A DNA stretch of 64,000 bases, taken from assembly GCF_000142905.1 (NCBI RefSeq), contig NW_013657654.1, positions 362,136 through 426,135 of the forward strand. Reading direction: 5' to 3'. Shown here one piece after another: positions 56,123 to 64,000 of this stretch. A program made the translations under genes and the position numbers. Source of the DNA: Thecamonas trahens ATCC 50062. Its lineage: Eukaryota; Protista; Apusomonadida. Position 1 is the stretch's first letter; every line of letters starts with the position of its first letter. Under the pieces are notes generated by a model, which ran no database searches, was not told the DNA's origin, and saw only the letters and a list, made by a program, of their open reading frames with translations.

Positions 56123-57571
56123 ATGATGGGCTTTCGGTTGACGGTGGTGGTGGCAGTGGTGGCACTGGCACTGGCTGGCTGCTTGGCGGAGGAGTCGCTG
56201 CTGGACACAGCGACGTCGCCCGAGGCAGCCGATGAGCTGCAGGAGTGGCTGGTGGCGGACGGCGGGCTACCGCTGAAGCTGCGGACGAGGTTGCAACCGA
56301 TAGAGGGCATGGGCATTGGTGTGGTTGCGAGCGAGGCGATCGGCAAGGGCGAAGCGTACTTTGCGCTTCCACACAGGCTCGCCATCTCGCGGGCTGTCAT
56401 CGACCGGTCGCCGGTAGGGACGATCGTGGCGAGGCTAGGGCAGCGACTGGAGGCGGCCAGTAGCGCGAGGGACTTGCCGCGCGGATTCACAGGCTCGGGC
56501 AGCGCTGGTTCGATCGGCAACGACGTCGCGTTTGTGGTCTGGCTGGCGGCAGCAAGGTTTGGTCCGGTCTCGCTCGGCTTTGACGAGGGCGCGGCGGTTT
56601 ACGTCGAGGCACTGCCAGAAGTGTTTGGCACGCCGCTATACTTTGACGCTGGCGAACTGGCGGCGTTGGAGGGGTGCGTGCTGGCGGGACAGGCTGCCGA
56701 TGATGCGGTACGGGTGCGCGAAATGGCGAGCTGGCTACGCAGTGCGGTGATCGAGCTCGCGCTCCCGCTCCCAGTCACAGTTTTTGCCAACGATGCGGTC
56801 AAGTGGGCTTGGTCAGTCGTGGCGTCGCGGCGAATCAACGTCGGCAACGCACCCAGCAAGGCCGGTGGTAGCGCGCACCTGCTCCCATACATCGACATGA
56901 TCAACGCCAAGGAGTCATCGGACCGGACGTTCACCTCGTACTCGGCCAAACTTGACGCGGTGGTCATGTACGCCGACGAGGATTACGCTGCCGGCGACCA
57001 AGTGTTTGAGACTTACGGCAACAAGACCAACTCGGGCTATCTCCGGTACAACGGCTTCATGTATGTCGGCAACCCGAACGACTGCGGAATGCTCGACGTT
57101 GACGTGCGGCGGTATGGCGAGAGGCTGATGGCGAGCGAGATGGATCCGTTCCGGCAGGCGCTTGGGTTCGGCTCACGGAGCGCCACGGTGTGGTCCAAAT
57201 GCGTGAGGTCAAAGCTGGCCGGCAACGACGGCATTGTCGGGCTCAGCATGCTGCTCAGTGTTCTCTCGGAAGAACTTGCGGCGGCGGTTGCGAGCCGGCT
57301 CTCGCCGTCGAGCCGGCTCGCGAGCCAGCTGACAACTGCCGAGCAGGCTGCAGGGTACCGGATGCTTGCGCAGGTGCTTGCTGACAAGCTGGCGCGGTAT
57401 CCGACGCGGGCCAAGGATGACAAAGCAGCGCTCAAAGCTAGCGGGCTGGGCGAGAACATGCGCGCTGCGATCGAGTTCCGACTGGCGGAGAAGCGGACGT
57501 TTTTGAAGCTGCGGCGTGCGGCGAAGGCACAGGCACAGAGGCTCGAGGCTGCGATGCGTGATGAACTGTAG
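56123..57571 (+). CDS. SETD3/Rubisco-LSMT-class SET-domain protein with signal peptide and C-terminal RDEL
   Basis: Motifs GMGIGVVASEAI.KGE, WAWSVVASR, LLPYIDMIN, GDQVFETYG.K.N...RYNGF, and an LSMT substrate-binding tail (LARYPT..DD...AIEFRLAEK). Confidence 0.85.
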   Translation: MMGFRLTVVVAVVALALAGCLAEESLLDTATSPEAADELQEWLVADGGLPLKLRTRLQPIEGMGIGVVASEAIGKGEAYFALPHRLAISRAVIDRSPVGTIVARLGQRLEAASSARDLPRGFTGSGSAGSIGNDVAFVVWLAAARFGPVSLGFDEGAAVYVEALPEVFGTPLYFDAGELAALEGCVLAGQAADDAVRVREMASWLRSAVIELALPLPVTVFANDAVKWAWSVVASRRINVGNAPSKAGGSAHLLPYIDMINAKESSDRTFTSYSAKLDAVVMYADEDYAAGDQVFETYGNKTNSGYLRYNGFMYVGNPNDCGMLDVDVRRYGERLMASEMDPFRQALGFGSRSATVWSKCVRSKLAGNDGIVGLSMLLSVLSEELAAAVASRLSPSSRLASQLTTAEQAAGYRMLAQVLADKLARYPTRAKDDKAALKASGLGENMRAAIEFRLAEKRTFLKLRRAAKAQAQRLEAAMRDEL

Positions 57572-58145
57572 CGTGTGGTAGAGTGATTGCTCTAGTGTTG
57601 ACTTGTGTGGCGTGAGATGGACCGAGCGGCCGTGGCTGGAGAGCCAAGTGAGCTCGCCGACATCCACCAGCCCGTCGAGGCACCGATACTCAGAGACCGA
57701 CCCTCAGCGCCGAGTGCGTCACGCTCGACCATTACCCGCGACCGCCGGGTCTCGAGCCACCTTGTCCAGCCCGCGATGCTCCGTAGCCCCAACGTGAGTC
57801 GGACATGCCGCGCTCGTGCGGCAATTGTTGCCCGACCAGGCGGTGGCACGCGTGCTGACAGGACTAGGAGGAGGGAGAAAGAAAAAAAAAACGCGCCATT
57901 GTTCGCGCACTTTCGCGTAGAATCTTTCGTCTGCATCAGTTTTTCGCATCGAATCATTGGAGTCCCTAACAGCAAAGTGTGCAAGGAGGGGGAGGAGGAG
58001 GAGGACGGCGGTACGGAGGCGGGGCAAGCGAAGAGGGTAGGAGCGAGACACCCCTGTCTTGAACACGGCCGACTGTCAAGCGCTTCCCTTTGTACGTGGG
58101 AGTGGGCGGCAGCAGGTACAACAACACCGCACGTGGTTAAGGAGT

Positions 58146-60773
58146 ATGTCGCAGGCTTTGTACCCGAGCAGGGAGGAGGAGCGTGGCGGAGGCGGCGGTA
58201 GCCGCAGCGAGACGGTGGTGACGACGCGACCTCGGTCGGGGGCGGTGCTGCAGCGGAACGGGCGGGCGGTGGTGGACTCTGCTGGCCGCAAGGCAGTCCG
58301 TGAGCTGCGGCACAAACCATACTCGCTGGCGACGGGGACAGGGCGTGCGCTTGCCGACGTGGAGCCCAATGTGCTTGCCGGCCCGGGTGGCACACGTGTG
58401 GCGCGGCGGTCTTCGGAGGCTGGGAGGGTTAATTCGCTGCCGCCCGGCCCGCTACCGTCGGCAGGGCTCTCTATCAAGGAACGGCGGGTGAGGACAGGTG
58501 TGTCGTCGTTGTCAACGTCGTACACAGCGTCGTCGGTCTCGTCGTTGGTGACGTCGGCCGGCTCGGCGCCGCGGATGCAGATTTTTGACGAGGGGGCTCA
58601 GGAGCCGTCGCCGACGCGTATGCGTCCGGTGGCCGGGACGATCCGCGCTGCGGACGGGACAGTCTCGCTGGTACACCGGACAACGGGCGAGCGTGTGGCG
58701 ACGTCAGCGTCGCCGCGGCGGTCGCTCTCGTCACGAAGGGCGGCGGAAGTGCGGCGGGAGTCGCGGGCGTCGTCGACGCGTTCGCGCGGCTCCAGCTCGC
58801 GGGCGTCGCGGCTGGCGCGGTCGGGCTCGTCGTCGTCGTCGATAGGCACGTCGCCGCTGATGCCGTCGCCCAACGATGAGCTGCAGCGGCTGCGGGCACA
58901 GGTCCAGCACGAAGCTGGTGAGTTGGATCCCGAGGTGCAGGGCGTGCTGGCGTTGGCGCGGACGAGGGCGCTGTCGCACGTTATCGCACGGCCGCGGCCA
59001 CGGCTCCGGCGGTCGCACTCGATGGCAGCACCGTTTAACGTGCACGCCAACGGTGTGCGTGACTCGCCGTCGAAACTCATGCGCAGCCTCTCGCTCTACT
59101 CGCCGCACTCGCAGCATAAGCGGCGCGATCTCCCGACGCCAGACCTCGATGTTGGAGCGATGGAGCTCTCTGTCGATGTTGGCAACTCACAGGGCGGGGC
59201 CGGAGGAGGCCGGACGGTCACGCCTTGGCGGGCCGAATACCTCGATGGCCCGCTCCCGACGACGCGCAACATGGTCCGCGAGTGCTCGGGCGTGTCTGCG
59301 GACCTTGTGGCGCAGCTACTTGTGGAGACGCAGCAGGCGCCAGCGAGCCGCGAGCTTAACTTTCTCATCATCGACTGCCGGTATCCGTACGAGTACCAAC
59401 ACGGACACATTGCGAGTGCGGTCAACTTGTGGACGCGGTCGTCGCTCATCGATGCACTGATCCAGTCGCCGTTGCCGGCCAACTTTCGGCTCATTTTCCA
59501 CTGCGAGTTCTCGACACAGCGCGGGCCAGACCTGTGCTCGATGCTGAGGCTGGCGGACCGGCACGTAGGGATGGAGAAGTATGGAGTGGCGTTTGATGAG
59601 AGCCATCTTCACTATCCCAACTGCTACGTGCTCCGCGGCGGATACAAAGAGTTCTTTGGTGCGTACCCGGAGCTCTGCACACCGAGCGCGTACATGACGA
59701 TGGACGATGAGCGGTACAAGTATCAGCTCGCGGCGTGCCGGCGCCACCGGTCCTCGTCAATTCGCGAGCGGTCGCGGTCGTGCTCGGACCTGGCAGCAGT
59801 ACTCGCCGGCGAGCCGACACTGTTCGCGCCGGCGGCGAGCCAGCCGCCGCCTCTCTCCAGGAACAAGCTCGCGACGCCGGGGCGATGGAACCACGCCCCG
59901 CGGTGGGAGCGGGAGAACGCCATGCCCGAGTTTGCGTCAATTCTGGCGCAAGCTCTCCCGGACGTGACTGAGGAGAACGCAAGCGTGCACCCGCTCATTC
60001 GGCGGGCGCGTATGGAGCTTGCACATGCGCTGGCTACCACGCCTCTGGCGTCGCGTGCCGCGTCTGCAGCGCTGTTTGCGCCGGAGCGTGCACTGGCGTC
60101 GCGGGCATCCAACGCAGCGTCGATCTCGGACTCGGACGACGACTGCTCGACGGTCTGGGTGGACTCTCAGCAACGGGCCGGCTGTGGGCTGAGCGGGTAT
60201 GTGTCGTTTGACGACGACGACGAAGACGACGACGACGTGTGCCCCGAGAACAGTGTGGAAACAGCAGATCACCTCGTGTTACCGCCTGGGACCGGATCGC
60301 CGCGTGCCGTGCCTCGACCGATTTCATCGCGGCGTGCCCTGGTGCGGCACCTCTCGCTATCTGCCATCACTGAGGATGACAGGGATTTTGAGAGCCCAAG
60401 CGGGTTGTGCGCATCGCCGGCATCAGGCGTGTTCAGTTCAGGGTCCCAGACGACGATCTCGCTCAGGGGAGCAGCAGAGCGTCCGTACAAGTTGGGCAGG
60501 CGGTCGCGACAGTTGTTGCAAGCAAGTGTGGCTGGATGCGAGTCGGACATCGACTCGGATGATGAGGACTCGTCGTCGTCGTCGTCGTCAGGCCCGATCA
60601 TTTTCGCAGGGACAGCGGTGTCGACCTCGAACGGGATTGTGACGTCGGCCTCGCTTTCAACACTACTGGGTGAGTCGAGCGCACCGTCATCGCCGATGGT
60701 CATGGCGCCTGAGCCCCGGCTAGCGTCGTCGGATGAGGCACCGCTGTTTGTTATGGACGAGAGTGACGAATAA
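58146..60773 (+). CDS. CDC25: M-phase inducer phosphatase Cdc25
   Basis: Motifs IIDCRYPYEYQHGHI, IFHCEFSTQRGP, LHYPNCYVLRGGYKEFF, C.PSAYMTMD. Long disordered flanks carry RxxS and SP sites. Confidence 0.93.
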   Translation: MSQALYPSREEERGGGGGSRSETVVTTRPRSGAVLQRNGRAVVDSAGRKAVRELRHKPYSLATGTGRALADVEPNVLAGPGGTRVARRSSEAGRVNSLPPGPLPSAGLSIKERRVRTGVSSLSTSYTASSVSSLVTSAGSAPRMQIFDEGAQEPSPTRMRPVAGTIRAADGTVSLVHRTTGERVATSASPRRSLSSRRAAEVRRESRASSTRSRGSSSRASRLARSGSSSSSIGTSPLMPSPNDELQRLRAQVQHEAGELDPEVQGVLALARTRALSHVIARPRPRLRRSHSMAAPFNVHANGVRDSPSKLMRSLSLYSPHSQHKRRDLPTPDLDVGAMELSVDVGNSQGGAGGGRTVTPWRAEYLDGPLPTTRNMVRECSGVSADLVAQLLVETQQAPASRELNFLIIDCRYPYEYQHGHIASAVNLWTRSSLIDALIQSPLPANFRLIFHCEFSTQRGPDLCSMLRLADRHVGMEKYGVAFDESHLHYPNCYVLRGGYKEFFGAYPELCTPSAYMTMDDERYKYQLAACRRHRSSSIRERSRSCSDLAAVLAGEPTLFAPAASQPPPLSRNKLATPGRWNHAPRWERENAMPEFASILAQALPDVTEENASVHPLIRRARMELAHALATTPLASRAASAALFAPERALASRASNAASISDSDDDCSTVWVDSQQRAGCGLSGYVSFDDDDEDDDDVCPENSVETADHLVLPPGTGSPRAVPRPISSRRALVRHLSLSAITEDDRDFESPSGLCASPASGVFSSGSQTTISLRGAAERPYKLGRRSRQLLQASVAGCESDIDSDDEDSSSSSSSGPIIFAGTAVSTSNGIVTSASLSTLLGESSAPSSPMVMAPEPRLASSDEAPLFVMDESDE

Positions 60774-62694
60774 GTGTGTAGTAGCCGCAAAGCAAGGCAA
60801 TGGAGTGTAGACACAGCTGCTTTGGCAGGTTGAGGATGTGGCGAGACAGATACGAGGAGCACAGGCAAGGAGGGGGATGATGTTTAGCACTGGCGCTGAG
60901 AACGCGGCTAAGCGAGATGATGCTGGGGAGGAGGAGAGGGCTTGGTACTCCCAAGTTGACGTAAGAATGCGAGTGCCACGACATGGAGAATCAGAATGTG
61001 GCGGGTGGACTACGAGAGCTTACGATGGCGACCAGAGGCGGCGGAGGAAGGCACGGAGGGGACGGTGGCGGGCAATCGGCGCAAGTGGCGGCTGGCGATG
61101 AGCAGGCTGGCGGTGACTGTGATGGGTAAGACAGGAAGTGCGAGGGAAGGAGTGGGTTGGAGAGCAAACTGGTAGTGTTTGCCATTGATATAGCTATCCG
61201 TATGCATCGCCTCCGATGCTCCGTCGATGGCTAGCTTGCCCTTGGCGGTGCCGGTGGTGGTCGGTCGGCGGCGGCGAGCAGCCGGCGATTGGCAGCGATG
61301 CTGTTGACGGGTTGGCGTCGGCTGATGTCAATATCGGGGCAAGTGAAGTGGATGCTTGGGTTTGCAGGGGTGATGGACATGTGTGGTGTAGGTGTGGTGG
61401 TTGTGGGTGAAGATGGTGGGGAGTGGGGGTCGGAGATGGGCCCGGGGAGGAGAGGTCAGCAGGTGGTTGTGGCTAGGATGATAGTGATGGTGGTGGGGTA
61501 GGGGGTGGAGGTGGTCGTTTGTGGTGACGGGTGGTAATGAGTATGGTAGGGGGGATGAGGGGGTCGTGACGTGGGTGACGGGACGGGCGAAGGGGTGGTG
61601 GGTATGGCGATTGGGCTTGAGCATTGATGAAAGTGAGTATGATACGGCTGATGGGTGTGTGTAGGGTGTGGGCGATAGGGGCGGCGGGTACTTGGCTGGC
61701 AGAGGGAAGGCGGCGGACGTTAATTGAGTTGAACGTTGAATTAATTGAAGAAAAGCCGGAACGGGCATCAAACGAGGCAATGACGTCCACAACAACAACC
61801 AAAGATCATACATGGCTTGCACAGCACACGTATGAGTACGCCAACAGGAACTGGATATGGCTGGCAGGCAATGGGATGAACTCGGGTGACGTTCAGGTCG
61901 ATGAGGCAGACCGAGGTTGATCGATCAGATCTGCAGATCAACCATTACCACGACACAACAGGGTCAACACAAAATACACCGCATGCAAAACTATTAACCA
62001 TGACTGACAACAACAAAGTTGAGAATCGATAGTGTAGTGAGCAGGCCCGATGGTGGATGTGGAAGTCAAGCTCGAAGAAAACAGGAGAATCAAGAACAAA
62101 TGAAGCATGACGAATAATGATCCAAAGCAACGAGAAGAACGAAGACAATGATCAATGAAGATGCATGTCGATTGTAGTCAACCATCAAAGGCAAAAGTAA
62201 CCACAGCAGAACATGAAGGCCGACAAAAGCAACAACAAAGCATGTGGAAACATGAACGGCAAAGAACAAAGAGCAAGGTCAGCCGACAAGAACAAAAAAA
62301 GAAAGAATCGAATGATCAATTGACAATGATCAATGACAATCAATTGAACATCAAACAATCGAACGAGTGACGAGCGGCGAATCATGAAAATGTTGAATGA
62401 CATTCATGTCACCCACCAACCCGCACATGCCACTCGGCCGAACAAGTGACACGGGCAAGTGTCAATGGGGGGATGGGGATTGTGAATCAGCATCAAAGAC
62501 TCAAATCACGCCCATGAACAGCCATGCACATGATGGGATGGAGGATGAGTATGGTGGCGTGGGTGGGAAAGTGGATGTGGGTCATGGATGGGATGCACAG
62601 GGGTGGCAAGGGGGCAGTGAGCGGCAAGTGGAGTGAGTGGTGGTCGGTGGGGAGGAATGGGGTGGGGCTAGGGTTGATGAGGCATCAGCTAGAG

Positions 62695-62826
62695 TTAGGG
62701 TTAGGGTTAGGGTTAGGGTTAGGGTTAGGGTTAGGGTTAGGGTTAGGGTTAGGGTTAGGGTTAGGGTTAGGTAGGTAGGTAGGTAGGTAGGGTTAGGGTT
62801 AGGGTTAGGGTAGGTAGGTAGGTAGG
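62695..62826 (+). repeat. Telomeric (TTAGGG)n array interrupted by (TAGG)n blocks
   Basis: About 12 TTAGGG units, then TAGG x~5, TTAGGG x3 and TAGG x4. The G-rich strand runs toward the gap. Confidence 0.95.
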
Positions 62827-62926
62827 NNNNNNNNNNNNNNNNNNNNNNNNNNNNNNNNNNNNNNNNNNNNNNNNNNNNNNNNNNNNNNNNNNNNNNNNNN
62901 NNNNNNNNNNNNNNNNNNNNNNNNNN
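62827..62926. other. Assembly gap (100 N)
   Basis: Run of N. Confidence 1.
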
Positions 62927-63600
62927 GTTCTTGATATCGTTTCGTGTCCTGGGCTGGGTCAGGATCCGTATCAAAAGAGGGAGCCAGTCGGAGTATATGC
63001 CCGGGTCAGCGGGGTGGCGCTTCACATTCCGGCCGCAACGCCCAGAATGCCGAGGCAGCAACTCTTCGTCCCGAATCATAGGCATTTCTCAAGCGACCGC
63101 ATATCGCCGTTGCCCTTTCCTCATTCCGTCTGCGGCTCGAGATAATCGATTTTGCGAGTCCGCCAAATGGGGCTCTGGGGGGGGGGAAGGGGAGGGAGCG
63201 GACGGAAGGATGTGCATGCACGTCACATTTTCTTCCATTCCATATGTTTTTTTTGATGAGAGAATCGAATGTCAAGTGAAAATGATTATGTCTTTTTGTT
63301 TGGGGGGGGGGGGGGGGGGAAGGGGTTGGCTGAAGGCGGATGCGTGGCTAACAGCGCGCTGAGGGGGAGGGCGGCAGCATGGCGCGAGCAAGATGGCAGG
63401 GACCAAGGCTGGGCGCAAGATCCAAGGCATGGCAGAGTCGGCGTACTCGCGGACACCGGCGGGGAAGCGGTATGCGGAGCGGAAGATGTAAAAGCTGCGG
63501 GCAGAGGAGGACGCGTTTCCTGATCGATCTCATGGAGGCTCAGTTTGACGCGGAGACGATGACGGGCAGTTTTTTTTCTCCCCCCAAAACAAAAACAGGG

Positions 63601-64000
63601 GCAGAGCTTGCTCTCGTTGGTGTACGGGCGCGCGGGCGCGGCGGCCAGGTGGACCTGACGCCCGAGGCTCTTCCCGGCTGGGCCGGAACACCGCTGGCCG
63701 ATGGCGAGTTTGAGGTCGGCGTCTGCGCCGCGAGCGAGGACGTCGAGTTTGCGAACGCCCTTGCCGAGGTCCTCATCGAGGGCGGGTTCTCGGTCACGAC
63801 GGCCCCCGCGGCGCTCCATAACACGCGAGTGTTTGTCCTTGTCTACTCGGAGTTTACCGTCGCCGAGGCGCCGTCGCGGCTCCTCACCGACGCATCATCG
63901 CGGTTCAACAATGGGCTCACGACTATCATTCCTGTCGTCCACCCGCGATGCTCGCCGTACGTGCTGGACAAAATCCCCGACTCGCTCGCGTACGCGCTCG
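63601..64000 (+). CDS. Partial ORF with a degenerate TIR-like domain, running off the window
   Basis: My translation reads FEVGVCAASEDVEFANALAEVLIEGGFSV..ALHNTRVFVLVYSEFTV..IIPVVH. The frame is also open back to ATGs at 63532 and 63379; a possible acceptor lies at ~63598. Confidence 0.5.

Noticed and set aside
60800-62690. Subtelomeric ORFs or retroelement remnant
   Set aside because: Only short low-complexity ORFs; no RT, endonuclease or transposase motifs seen.

Overview
This is GC-rich, gene-dense, intron-poor eukaryotic (protist) DNA. Gene content and style are consistent with an apusomonad such as Thecamonas, but I cannot confirm that from sequence alone. It holds about 23 protein-coding genes. 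Recognisable housekeeping and cell-cycle genes are NUP133, ERCC6L/PICH (with an unusual N-terminal P-loop kinase domain), a two-exon 4E-BP, a NOP6-like RRM protein, an SDR and CDC25. Signalling and surface genes include two paralogous single-pass receptor adenylyl-cyclase-like genes sharing a near-identical 1.2-kb Cys-rich module, a PH-RhoGAP, a tandem pseudo-RhoGAP, a cNMP-binding protein, a PA-domain subtilase, and a beta-helix/EGF protein ending in a polycystin-1-like TM module. More unexpected are a bacterial-type DUF4197 gene, a TMEM8/CREST plus Frag1(PGAP2)-like membrane protein, a plant MAP70-like coiled coil, and a SET-domain protein with a signal peptide and RDEL. The contig ends in TTAGGG telomeric repeats, then a 100-N gap and the start of a TIR-like ORF. 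About a dozen reading-frame breaks are each repaired by adding one base, nearly always in a short homopolymer; this is most likely sequencing undercall. Family assignments come from remembered motifs, not database searches.
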